Below, one piece after another: positions 20,609 through 29,879 of a stretch of DNA of 64,000 bases (the stretch's first letter is position 1; each line of letters begins with the position of its first letter). The notes below the pieces were generated by a model. That model saw only the letters and a program-made list of their open reading frames with translations, was not told where the DNA came from and ran no database searches. The stretch is from positions 2,368,001-2,432,000 of the forward strand of contig CAWDXG010000004.1 of NCBI GenBank assembly GCA_963806225.1, given 5' to 3'. Origin of the DNA: an uncultured delta proteobacterium (lineage in GTDB: Bacteria > Myxococcota_A > Polyangia > Polyangiales > Polyangiaceae). Both the position numbers and the translations under genes were made by a program.

Positions 20609-20952
20609 GGTCTTCCATCTGGATCTGGATCGCCATCGTCGGCGTGCTGAGCCTGCTCGCCACGCTGCTCCTGCTCTCTTCCTCCGCCGCCGCCGCGCCG
20701 GCCGCGGGCTCGGCGGCGCTCACCGTGGACCCGTCCGTGCTGCGCTGGGCGTACGCCGCCGCCGCCGCTGCGACGGCCGTCTCGTCGGCGGCCGCGGCCT
20801 ACGCCGTGGCCCGCGTCGCCAGCGCGTCGGTGGGCGCGCTCACCGAGAAGCCGGAGCTGTTCGGCCGCGTGCTGGTGCTGGTCGGTCTGGCCGAAGGCAT
20901 CGCGATCTACGGGCTCATCATCTCGATCCTGATCCTGAACCATCTCGGGTAG
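20605..20952 (+). CDS. A/V-type ATP synthase subunit K (c, proteolipid)
   Basis: EKPELFGR...GLAEGIAIYG with the ion-binding Glu; single hairpin plus an N-terminal hydrophobic extension. Confidence 0.92.
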   Translation: MRSSIWIWIAIVGVLSLLATLLLLSSSAAAAPAAGSAALTVDPSVLRWAYAAAAAATAVSSAAAAYAVARVASASVGALTEKPELFGRVLVLVGLAEGIAIYGLIISILILNHLG

Positions 20953-20956
20953 CGCC

Positions 20957-21274
20957 ATGGCCGCGGGAAAGCCAACCGGGGAGCAGCTGCCGATCTTCAT
21001 CGGGGACGAGCTCAGCGCGCTGGGCTACCGGCGCGCCGGCGCGCGCGTGATCGTGCCGGGCGACGACCTGCTCGAAGCGTTCGAGCGCGCCTGCGGCGAG
21101 GCCCCGGTCGTGCTCATTACGGCCGAGCTCGCCGCGCGTCTACCCGCGCGGCGCCTCGGCCAGGCGCGTCTCGCGCTCCAGCCGGTCGTCCTCGTCGTCC
21201 CGGACGTGCAGAACCGGAGCCCGATGCCGGATGCCGGCGAGCGCGTGCGCCGCCAGCTGGGGATGGAGACATGA
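20957..21274 (+). CDS. A/V-type ATP synthase subunit F
   Basis: FIGDELSALGYRRAG, VRRQLG. Confidence 0.9.
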   Translation: MAAGKPTGEQLPIFIGDELSALGYRRAGARVIVPGDDLLEAFERACGEAPVVLITAELAARLPARRLGQARLALQPVVLVVPDVQNRSPMPDAGERVRRQLGMET

Positions 21275-21888
21275 CCGGAAGCGAGGTCGAGACCTTCCTC
21301 GCGATCGTCGAGCGCGATCGCGCGGCGCGCTGCAACGCCATCCTGCGCGACGCCCGCGAGCGCTCCGCTGCGCTGCTCGGCGAGGCACGGCGCGAGGCCC
21401 GGCGCCGCGTGTCCACCGCCGTTCAGGACGACCGTGCGCGCAGCCGCCAGCGCACCGAAGCAGCGCGGGCCGAACTCTTGACGCGCGAACGGCAGCTGCA
21501 TCAGGAAGTCGCGACGAAACTGCTTTCGCGCGGCTGGGAACAGCTCCGGACAATCCTGCGCGTTCGCTGGCAGCAGCCGGACCGCCGCGCGCGCTGGATG
21601 GCGGCGCTCGTCGCCGACGCCGCGCGGCTCCTGCCCCACGGGAGCTGGCGTGTCCAGCATCCCGAGCTGGACTCCGCCGAGCTCGAGTCCCTCGCCCGCA
21701 TCACCACCGAAGCGAGCGACGCCGCACCGTCGCTGGAGCTTGCTCCGGAGATCGAGGTCGGCCTCTGCGTGCACGCCGCCAGCGCCACGCTCGACGGCAC
21801 GCTCCGGGGACTGCTCGCCGATCGCCGCAGGGTCGAGGGCCGCCTCTTGATGGAGCTCGCCCACGGGGGAAAGGACGCCGCCGCGTGA
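21271..21888 (+). CDS. A/V-type ATP synthase subunit E-like
   Basis: N-terminal coiled coil, C-terminal I.VGL....ATLDGT; positioned between F and A. Confidence 0.75.
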   Translation: MTGSEVETFLAIVERDRAARCNAILRDARERSAALLGEARREARRRVSTAVQDDRARSRQRTEAARAELLTRERQLHQEVATKLLSRGWEQLRTILRVRWQQPDRRARWMAALVADAARLLPHGSWRVQHPELDSAELESLARITTEASDAAPSLELAPEIEVGLCVHAASATLDGTLRGLLADRRRVEGRLLMELAHGGKDAAA

Positions 21889-23633
21889 ACGAGGCCACCC
21901 TGCGCTGGATCAGCGGACCGGTGCTGCGCGCGCGCAGCTCGGCGCCGTTCCAGGTCAACGAGGCCGTGCTGGTCGGCGGGCAGCAGCTTCTGGGCGAGGT
22001 GATCCAGCTTCTTGGCGAGGAGATCGTGGTGCAGGTCTACGAGGACACCACCGGACTCGAGCCGGGCGCGCGCGTCGAGGGCACCGGAGGCCCGCTGTCG
22101 GTGCGGCTCGGCCCCGCGCTGCTCGGCCACATCTTCGACGGCCTGCTGCGTCCGCTCGGCGACCAGGGGCGCTTCGTCTCGCCCGGCCTGCGGCCGGGTC
22201 GCGACGTGTCGATGACGTTCCACGCGCGCGTGAAGCGCGGCGATGCGCTCCGCGGCGGCGCAGTGCTCGGCGACGTCGATGCTCCCGGCGCACGCCGCCA
22301 GCGCTGCCTCGTCCCGCCCGGCATCGAGGGCGAGGTCGTCGAGGTCGCCGCCGACGGCGCCTACGGCCCCGACGACACGGTGGTCCGCCTCCGCACCGTG
22401 GACGGCGTGGTCGAGCTCTCGATGTCGCACCGCTGGCCGGTGCGTGTGGCGCGCCCCGTCGCAAGCCGCCTACCCGCCGATCGCCCGCTGCTCACTGGCC
22501 AACGCATCCTCGACACGCTCTTCCCGGTGGCCCGCGGCGGGCGCGCCGCGCTGCCCGGCGGTTTCGGCACCGGCAAGACCGTGCTGCAGCAGACGCTGTG
22601 CAAGTGGAGCGACGCGGACGTGGTCGTGTACGTCGGCTGCGGCGAGCGCGGCAACGAGATGGCGGAGGTACTGCAGGAGCTGCCCGAGCTCGACGACCCC
22701 ACGACGGGACGCCGTCTGCTCGAGCGCACCGTAATCATCGCCAACACCTCGAACATGCCGGTGGCCGCGCGCGAGGCGAGCATCTACACCGGGGTCACGG
22801 TCGCCGAGTACTTCCGCGACCAGGGGCTCGCGGTGGCGCTCATGGCCGACTCGACCAGCCGATGGGCCGAAGCGCTGCGCGAAATCTCCGGCCGCCTGGG
22901 CGAGCTGCCCGCCGAGAGCGGCTACCCAGCGTACCTTTCGAGCCGGCTCGCCGAATTCTACGAGCGCGCCGGGCGCGTGCAGACGCTCTCCGGCGAGGAA
23001 GGCTCGCTCACGCTCGTCGGCGCCGTGAGCCCGCCCGGTGGCGACTTCTCCGAGCCCGTCACGAAGCACACCGAGCGCTACGTCCGCTGCCTGTGGAGCC
23101 TGGACCCGGCGCGCGCCCACGCCCGCATCTACCCCGCCATCCATCCGCTCGCGTCGTACTCCGAGGATGTGGATGCGCTCGCACCGTGGTGGGAGGCGGA
23201 GGGCGATCCGCGCTGGCTCGAGCACCGGCGGCGGCTGCTCGGGCTGCTCGAGGACCAGGCGCGACTCGAGCGCATGGCGCGCATCATCGGCAAGGACGCC
23301 CTGCCCGAGCGGCAGCAGCTGGTGCTGCTCTCCGCCGAGCTCGCCAGCGACGGCTTCCTTCGCCAGTCGGCGCTCTCGCCGGTGGACGCGCACTGCTCGC
23401 CGTTGCGCCAGGTCGCGATGCTCCGGCTCGTAGTGCGCTTCGCCGAACTGGCCGAGCAGGCGCTGGAGCGCGGCGTGCGGCTGTCGCAGATCGCGGAGCT
23501 GCGGGTGCTGGACCAGCTCCGGCGCATGAGCGAGGAGATCGGCGACGAGCGGGTCGAGGAGCTCGAGACCCTGGCGCGCGATCTCGACGAGGCCTTCGCG
23601 GGGCTGGGAAGGGAGCACGACCTTGCAGGCTGA
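21885..23633 (+). CDS. A/V-type ATP synthase subunit A (catalytic)
   Basis: QVYEDTTGL, PGGFGTGKT P-loop, GCGERGNE, ADSTSRWAEALRE, SPPGGDFSEPVT. Confidence 0.97.
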   Translation: MNEATLRWISGPVLRARSSAPFQVNEAVLVGGQQLLGEVIQLLGEEIVVQVYEDTTGLEPGARVEGTGGPLSVRLGPALLGHIFDGLLRPLGDQGRFVSPGLRPGRDVSMTFHARVKRGDALRGGAVLGDVDAPGARRQRCLVPPGIEGEVVEVAADGAYGPDDTVVRLRTVDGVVELSMSHRWPVRVARPVASRLPADRPLLTGQRILDTLFPVARGGRAALPGGFGTGKTVLQQTLCKWSDADVVVYVGCGERGNEMAEVLQELPELDDPTTGRRLLERTVIIANTSNMPVAAREASIYTGVTVAEYFRDQGLAVALMADSTSRWAEALREISGRLGELPAESGYPAYLSSRLAEFYERAGRVQTLSGEEGSLTLVGAVSPPGGDFSEPVTKHTERYVRCLWSLDPARAHARIYPAIHPLASYSEDVDALAPWWEAEGDPRWLEHRRRLLGLLEDQARLERMARIIGKDALPERQQLVLLSAELASDGFLRQSALSPVDAHCSPLRQVAMLRLVVRFAELAEQALERGVRLSQIAELRVLDQLRRMSEEIGDERVEELETLARDLDEAFAGLGREHDLAG

Positions 23634-25011
23634 GCTCAGCGTCGCCGGCGTCGCCACGCGCATAGAAGGCCCACTCCTGTTCCTCCGGCGGGACGTACGC
23701 GTCGGGCTGAACGAGTCGGTCGAGGTGTTCGGCAGCGACGGCAGGAGCCGCCTCGGCCGCGTTGCCACGCTCGACGAGAGTTCGATGGTGGTGGAGGTGC
23801 TGGAGTCGACGGCCGGGCTCAGCCTACCGGAGTCGCGCGTGCGCCTGCACGGCGCGCCGCTGCTGTTCTCCGTGGGGCCGGGCATCCTCGGGCGCACGTT
23901 CAACGGCGTGGGGCAGCCGATCGACGGCGGCCCGCCGCTCGAGGCGGAGAAGGCGCTGCCGATCGACGGGTTGCCCGTGAATCCCGCACGGCGCATCAAG
24001 CCGTTCGAGTTCATCGAGACGGGGCTGACCAGCATCGACCTGTTGAACAGCGTGGTGCGCGGACAGAAGCTGCCGCTCTTCTCGGCCGCGGGCCTGCCGC
24101 ACGATCGCATGATGGCCGGCATCGCAGAGCGGGCGCGGCTGCTCGGTGGCGATCAGGCAGGCTTCGCGATCGTGTTCGCCGGCATTGGCGTCTCGTACGA
24201 CACGGCCGAGGCGTTCCGCCGCTCGATGGAGCAGAGCGGCGCGCTGGAGCACACGGCGCTGTTCCTGAACCTCGCCAGCGAGTCGAGCACGCAACGGCTG
24301 CTAACGCCGCGCTTCGCGCTCAGCGCGGCCGAGTACCTGGCGTTCACCGAGGGGCGGCACGTGCTGGTGCTGATGACGGACATGACCAACTACTGCGAGG
24401 CGCTGCGCGAGGTGAGCGCGAGCCACGGCGAGATCCCGAGCCGCAAGGGCTACCCGGGCTACATGTACTCTGATCTCGCCTCGATCTACGAGCGCGCCGG
24501 CGTGATCGAAGGGCTGCCCGGCAGCGTGACGGAGCTGGTCGCCCTGACCATGCCGGCCGGCGACATCAGCCATCCCATCGCCGATCTCACCGGCTACATC
24601 ACCGAGGGGCAGATCGTGCTCGACCGCGAGCTGGATCGCCGCGGCATCTACCCGCCGGTGAAGGTGCTGCCCAGCCTGTCGCGGCTGATGAAGGACGGCA
24701 CCGGCGAAGGCTCGACGCACGTCGATCACCCCGCGCTGGCGCAGCAGCTGTACGCCTCGTACGCCCGCGCCGACAACGTGCGCACGCTGGCCAGTGTGGT
24801 CGGCAGCGAGGGGCTCACCGCCGCCGACCAGCGCTTCCTCGAGTTCGGCGACCGCTTCGAGCGGCAGCTTGTCCACCAGGAGGGCGCGCGCACACTCGAG
24901 CAGAGCCTGGAGATCGGATGGAAGCTCTGCGCCACGCTGCCGGCGACAGACCTTCACCGCCTGAGCCGCGCCCAGCTCGCGCGCCACATCGAGCGGAAGG
25001 AGACGGAGTAG
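23623..25011 (+). CDS. A/V-type ATP synthase subunit B
   Basis: RGQKLPLFS..GLPH, TDMTNYCEALRE, GYPGYMYSDLA, DLTGYITEGQI, LPSLSRLM. Confidence 0.97.
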   Translation: MQAELSVAGVATRIEGPLLFLRRDVRVGLNESVEVFGSDGRSRLGRVATLDESSMVVEVLESTAGLSLPESRVRLHGAPLLFSVGPGILGRTFNGVGQPIDGGPPLEAEKALPIDGLPVNPARRIKPFEFIETGLTSIDLLNSVVRGQKLPLFSAAGLPHDRMMAGIAERARLLGGDQAGFAIVFAGIGVSYDTAEAFRRSMEQSGALEHTALFLNLASESSTQRLLTPRFALSAAEYLAFTEGRHVLVLMTDMTNYCEALREVSASHGEIPSRKGYPGYMYSDLASIYERAGVIEGLPGSVTELVALTMPAGDISHPIADLTGYITEGQIVLDRELDRRGIYPPVKVLPSLSRLMKDGTGEGSTHVDHPALAQQLYASYARADNVRTLASVVGSEGLTAADQRFLEFGDRFERQLVHQEGARTLEQSLEIGWKLCATLPATDLHRLSRAQLARHIERKETE

Positions 25012-25013
25012 CG

Positions 25014-25634
25014 ATGGCCACCGCCGCGCGCGATGTCGTGGCGACCCGTTCGGTGCTGCTCGAGCTGAAGGACGAGCGGCGCTTCACGCGCGAGGGGCAC
25101 GACTTCCTCGACCAGAAGCGCATGCTGGTCGCGGGCGAGCTGCTGCGCTGGCTCCGGCGCTACGAGGCGGGTCGCGCCGAGCTCTCCGCCGCGCACGAAG
25201 CCGCGCGCCGCGCGCTGGCCGAAGCGGTGGCGATGCACGGCGTCGAGGAGCTGGCGCTGATGCCAGCCGGGAAATTCGACCTGGGCGGCGTGGAACTTTC
25301 CGTCGGAAACTTCCTCGGCGTGCCGCTGGTGCACGCGAGCGGCGCGCCGCGCGCCGAGCCGCCGGTACCCGACGCGGTGCACCCCTCCCCCGAGGCCCGC
25401 CGCGCCGCCGCTCGCTTCGCCAAGCTGCTCGAGCTTGCGACATCGCTGGCCGTCTTCGAGGAGAACCTGCTGCGCCTACTCGACGAGTACCGCCGCACCG
25501 AACGCCGCGCCCGCGCGCTCGAGAACGTCATCCTTCCCGAGCTCGATCTGACCGTGAAGGAAGTCGACGACCAGCTCGAGGAACAGGATCTGGAAGAGGC
25601 AACGCGGCTCAGGCTCGAGCGGGAGCGGGTGTAG
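25014..25634 (+). CDS. A/V-type ATP synthase subunit D
   Basis: TRSVLLELK...GHDFLDQKR, TERRARALENVILP. Confidence 0.93.
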   Translation: MATAARDVVATRSVLLELKDERRFTREGHDFLDQKRMLVAGELLRWLRRYEAGRAELSAAHEAARRALAEAVAMHGVEELALMPAGKFDLGGVELSVGNFLGVPLVHASGAPRAEPPVPDAVHPSPEARRAAARFAKLLELATSLAVFEENLLRLLDEYRRTERRARALENVILPELDLTVKEVDDQLEEQDLEEATRLRLERERV

Positions 25635-25648
25635 CCGCCTGTCCGGAT

Positions 25649-27448
25649 TCAGTTCCCCGGTCCCAACCCGTACACGGACGTGAACGACGACGGCGCGACG
25701 AAGAAGGTACCCTGGGCGACCTCTTTGCCGTCGCGGATCTCGCGGACGTTGTGGAAGCCCTGGTCGAGGTTCAGGAAGTAGGCGATCTGGCCGCTCGAGA
25801 CGACGTAGTTCCAGTCCCTGTCCCAGTAGCCGTCGGGAGGCCGCCCGTCGAGACGCACGGTCACCTCTTTCGTGGCACTGTTCGCACAGTCGAGGGTGAG
25901 CACCGCGAGCGCGCCTTTGCCAGCATCCACGGGGATGCCGAAGCTCTTGGCCAGCTTCCGCACCACAGCGCGCGTGGCGTACGGCCACGCCGATCCGGTC
26001 ATCCACGGATGCCACCAGCGGCGTATCGCCGGGCGGAAGTAGAAGCGGTCCCAGTAGTCCTTCTCGCCGCTCGCGAACAAGAACCCCCGGAAGCCCGAGG
26101 TGCGGGTGGGCACCAAGAGCTGTGCGGCGCCGAGGCTGTTCGTGACCCCGCGCGACACCGGGGAGATGCAGTACGGATCGGTCCGGCTGCAGGCTCGCAC
26201 CACGATTCCCGACGCCGGCAGCCCCGCCGAATCGGTCAGCATGAACGCGGCGGGCACGTGCCTTGCGGCCGGCGTGAGGTGGGACAACGGCTTGCCCAGG
26301 CACGACCACTCCTGGGGCGCGCCGCTGTCGCCGAAGACGGGTCCACCGCAGTCGTCGCCGCAGCCGACGCTGGCCGGCGCTGCCCGGGTCATCAGGCTCG
26401 ACACCCAGGCGTCGAGGTGCACGCTGCCGATGCCCACGTCGTAGAAGTCCGGCTGGTTCTCGATAGTGTGCATCCAGCCCGGCGCCCGGTACGACGCGAA
26501 GCGCGGCAGCGTCGCCTGCAGGTCCGCGAGGTCCGCGCGCGCCGCGACCGCCCACGCCCGCACGCCGCCTCCGCCGTAGTAGCGGTACTGGGCCGCGGCG
26601 CTGTCGTCGTAGGCGGAGGTGTACTCGCTCAGCATGACGTTCGGGAACGCGGCGGCAACCGCCCGGTACAGATCGTTGATGCTGTGGATGTCCGCAAGGG
26701 GCCCGAGCGAGGCGGGGAAGCGTCGACGCGCGTGCCACTCTGGCGCCACGAACCCCGGCTGCGCGCTCACGCCCACTCCCGAGTCGCCGAGCTGATAGAC
26801 GCTGGCATCCGGATAGTGGTGCGCAACCAGCGCCGCGCCGGTGAGCGACGCGTACGCTCCGGCACTCTGCCCGGTCACGAACACGGCATCCGGCGCGGAC
26901 AGGTTCGCGTACAGCCAGTGCAGCGCGGTGAGCGCGTTGACCGCGCCGCGGTGGTAGAACTCCTGCGCTCCGTACGTCTGCACAGCGTCGCCCCAGTGGT
27001 TGTCCCCCGTGCACTCGGGGACGAACACGTGGGTCCAGTCCTTGAACGGATTGCGGGGATCGGCGTGATCGTGGATGCCGACGTTGCGCGCGCCACCCAC
27101 CATGTCGGGCTCCGGCGTGAGATCGCTGAAAGCGAGCCGATCGACGAAGCAGGTCTGCTCGCTGGAGCAGGCGCCGCCGCGCTGGAACTCCACCACCACG
27201 CGGTTCACCGTGCCGCGCCGCACCAGGAACGCCCAGTTCGAGCCGTCACCGCAGCGGGTCCTCCCGCCGGGCCAGAGCTCGTTCCAACCGGGTTTCAGAT
27301 CGTCGAGGGACGGGAGCGCGTTCGCCGGCTCGTCCGCCTCGCGCGGCGACGACGGGCCGCATCCAGACGCGACGAGCAGCAGCGCCGCGCAAAGTGCCGC
27401 GACACCGCGAATGCGCGTGAGCTCTCCGTTGCAGTCGCTGCGATGCAT
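25649..27448 (-). CDS. Pectin acetylesterase-family (alpha/beta hydrolase) lipoprotein with extra C-terminal domains
   Basis: CGDGS, GGAC, NPFKDW..VFVPECTGD.H.G, TGQSAG nucleophile elbow; ASGC lipobox. Start uncertain. Confidence 0.8.
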   Translation of the reverse strand: MHRSDCNGELTRIRGVAALCAALLLVASGCGPSSPREADEPANALPSLDDLKPGWNELWPGGRTRCGDGSNWAFLVRRGTVNRVVVEFQRGGACSSEQTCFVDRLAFSDLTPEPDMVGGARNVGIHDHADPRNPFKDWTHVFVPECTGDNHWGDAVQTYGAQEFYHRGAVNALTALHWLYANLSAPDAVFVTGQSAGAYASLTGAALVAHHYPDASVYQLGDSGVGVSAQPGFVAPEWHARRRFPASLGPLADIHSINDLYRAVAAAFPNVMLSEYTSAYDDSAAAQYRYYGGGGVRAWAVAARADLADLQATLPRFASYRAPGWMHTIENQPDFYDVGIGSVHLDAWVSSLMTRAAPASVGCGDDCGGPVFGDSGAPQEWSCLGKPLSHLTPAARHVPAAFMLTDSAGLPASGIVVRACSRTDPYCISPVSRGVTNSLGAAQLLVPTRTSGFRGFLFASGEKDYWDRFYFRPAIRRWWHPWMTGSAWPYATRAVVRKLAKSFGIPVDAGKGALAVLTLDCANSATKEVTVRLDGRPPDGYWDRDWNYVVSSGQIAYFLNLDQGFHNVREIRDGKEVAQGTFFVAPSSFTSVYGLGPGN

Positions 27449-27646
27449 GGCTCGTACCCGCGCGCGGTCACCGATTGTGTGCGTACCACCCAATACGTTC
27501 GGTCGCCCTCAGGCGGAACGCAAGCCGTCGATCGGCGATTGCCGTTCGGGTCCCCCCCCACCGGAAGAGGGCAACCAGTTGCGTCGAAGTGTCACCCCGA
27601 CGCGCCGCGCACGCCGTGAGGGACCGGAGCGCGTAGCTGCGAAGGG

Positions 27647-27662
27647 TGCTACGCTCGTGCCA
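27647..27662 (-). promoter_or_regulatory. Candidate sigma54 promoter
   Basis: Minus strand TGGCACGAGCGTAGCA (GG-N10-GC), oriented toward the esterase gene. Confidence 0.4.
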
Positions 27663-27664
27663 CT

Positions 27665-28096
27665 ATGCCGAACCCCGTCGAATCACTCTCTGCTGCACTC
27701 GAGCTCGGCACGCTGCTGGAGTTGGTGCGGCAGCGCCACGGCGGGTACGAGCTGCTCGAGCACTGGAAGCAGGGCGAGTTCCACCACGACATTGTCCTGC
27801 GCGTCAGCGAGCGGCGGGATCTGCCTGGCGGCGTGCTGGTTGTCAGCACCAACTGCAACGGCGGCGTGAAGGAAATCGCCTGTTTCGCCGAACCGCCCAG
27901 CCACGACGCCCTGTGGCACGAGCGCTGCCCCGATATCGCCGACTTCAGCGGCGAGCCGCCGCCCGTGCTGGCCAGCGCGCGCACTCCGCACTGGTTCGAT
28001 CCCGCCGAGCTGCTCACCGCCGAGGCCCGCAGCGAAATCCGCCCGGAGTTCCGTCAGCGCCAACGCGGCGGCGGCTGGGAACGGATCCCGGACTAG
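27665..28096 (+). CDS. Hypothetical protein
   Basis: Protein-like 143 aa ORF (HW.QGEFHHD, VSTNCNGGVKE) with high GC3. Confidence 0.75.
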   Translation: MPNPVESLSAALELGTLLELVRQRHGGYELLEHWKQGEFHHDIVLRVSERRDLPGGVLVVSTNCNGGVKEIACFAEPPSHDALWHERCPDIADFSGEPPPVLASARTPHWFDPAELLTAEARSEIRPEFRQRQRGGGWERIPD

Positions 28097-28189
28097 GCGA
28101 AGCGCTGCTCGCGGCGCCGGCTGCCTGGCAGGCCGGAGAAACGCACTCGTCGACGACATCGCGTCCACGATCGCCTAGGCTCGGGGGCC

Positions 28190-29866
28190 ATGTGGCTCAC
28201 CAGGCTCTGTCGTGACGACCGACGGCGTGCGTTGCGGACGGAGAGCGGGCGATTCTGCGCGGCGACGACGGCTTTCTGTGCGGTCCTGGGGTGCGGCGCG
28301 GTTGCGCGCGCGCAGCAGGCACCGGCGGCCGCCGCCGCCAACCCGCCTCCGCCCACCGTCAAAAGCGCGCCCGCGGCGCCCCCCTCCACCGGCACGAAGC
28401 TACCCGCCGACGCGCCCGCGGCGAAGACACCGCCTGCCGACAGCTACCAGCCCCTGCTCTCGTTCCAGCATTGGGGATGGCGGCTGCAGATCCCGGTGCG
28501 GCTCGCGGGGCGCGCCGAGGGCGTGAGCTCGTTCCCGGTGGACGCGCAGGGGCACGATTTCCAGTCGGGCGTGGCGCTGTCACCGCTGGTGCGCCTCGGC
28601 GCGAAGTTGGCGACGGTGAAGCCGATCGCGAAGCACCTGATCATCTCCGGCGAGTACGAACAGGATCTGCCGACGGGCACCTGGACCAGCCAGACCCCGG
28701 TCGCCGGCGAGGGTATGCCGAACTCGGATCCGCTCGACACACAGCTCCGCAAGGGCTGGGGGCTCTTGGCCATCGGACGCTACTTCCACGTCGGCGGCGG
28801 CTTCATGACCAGCCACTGGGGCATGGGGCTGGTGGCGAACGACGGCGAGCACGGCTGGGAGCCGCACACTGTCGAGTTCACCGACCCGCGCAACGGCGAT
28901 CTCGTGCTGCGCGGCTTTGCGGGCACGGGGCCGCTGACGGACGCGCACATCACGGCCACGGTGGCCATCGACAAAGTACGCAAGGACGACGTGCTGCTCG
29001 CCGGCGACAAGGCGCACGAGTACATCGCGTCGATGCTCGTCGGCGAAGGGCTGCCGGCACAGGGCGGCTTCTTCATCGTGCGCCGGCACCAGACCACCGC
29101 CGACGGCCGCACACTGGACGTGACCGTGGTCGACCCCGCCGCCCGCGTCGCGATCGAGCTCGCCAAGGCGAAGCTCACGCTGGAGGCGGAGGGCGCGCTC
29201 GTCTCTGGCCACACCACGCTCGCTGCCACGCCGGAAATCCCAGTCGACAACGTGCACCAGCTCGGTGGCGCGCTGCGCGCGGCGCTCGCCTTCAAGCACG
29301 CCGGTGGCGTGCTCGATCTGGTCTATGCCTCGGGCGACCAGAACATCCACGACAAGGACCTGCGCGGCTTCCACGTCGATCCCGGGTTCGAGACCGGCCT
29401 GCTCCTGTTCCGCTACGTGCAGGCTGCCCAGACAGGCCGGGGCTACGGCAATGCGGCGGATCCAACGCTGGTCGGCGCGCCCCCGGCAGGGATCGAGCGG
29501 CTGCCGACGCGCGGCGGCCTGACCGACGCGGCCGCGCTCTTCCCGCGCCTGTGGGTGCAGCCGCTGCGCGGCCTGGAGACCTACGGCGGCGTGCTGTTCG
29601 CGTTCGCGCCCGCGAAGAACGTCGATCCATTCGCCACCGATCTGGCCGGCGGCACGCAGAAGAACGCGCTCGGCGGCGATCCGGGGTCGTACTGGGGCAC
29701 GGAGTTCGACCTGGGCGTACGCTATTGCCTGTACTTCCACCACACCGAGCTCTCGGCCGGCGCCGAGGGCGGTGTGCTCGCTCCGGGCTCGGCCCTGCGC
29801 GACGCCGCCGGCAAGAACCCGCCCCCCGTCTACGGCGGGCGGCTGCTTCTAGGCTACCGGCTGTAA
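28190..29866 (+). CDS. Putative outer-membrane beta-barrel protein
   Basis: Signal-like N-terminus, Pro/Ala linker, alternating beta-strand patterns, HWGMGL.AN.G, G.EFD motif, C-terminal LGYRL. Confidence 0.65.
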   Translation: MWLTRLCRDDRRRALRTESGRFCAATTAFCAVLGCGAVARAQQAPAAAAANPPPPTVKSAPAAPPSTGTKLPADAPAAKTPPADSYQPLLSFQHWGWRLQIPVRLAGRAEGVSSFPVDAQGHDFQSGVALSPLVRLGAKLATVKPIAKHLIISGEYEQDLPTGTWTSQTPVAGEGMPNSDPLDTQLRKGWGLLAIGRYFHVGGGFMTSHWGMGLVANDGEHGWEPHTVEFTDPRNGDLVLRGFAGTGPLTDAHITATVAIDKVRKDDVLLAGDKAHEYIASMLVGEGLPAQGGFFIVRRHQTTADGRTLDVTVVDPAARVAIELAKAKLTLEAEGALVSGHTTLAATPEIPVDNVHQLGGALRAALAFKHAGGVLDLVYASGDQNIHDKDLRGFHVDPGFETGLLLFRYVQAAQTGRGYGNAADPTLVGAPPAGIERLPTRGGLTDAAALFPRLWVQPLRGLETYGGVLFAFAPAKNVDPFATDLAGGTQKNALGGDPGSYWGTEFDLGVRYCLYFHHTELSAGAEGGVLAPGSALRDAAGKNPPPVYGGRLLLGYRL

Positions 29867-29879
29867 CGAGGAGATCGCG

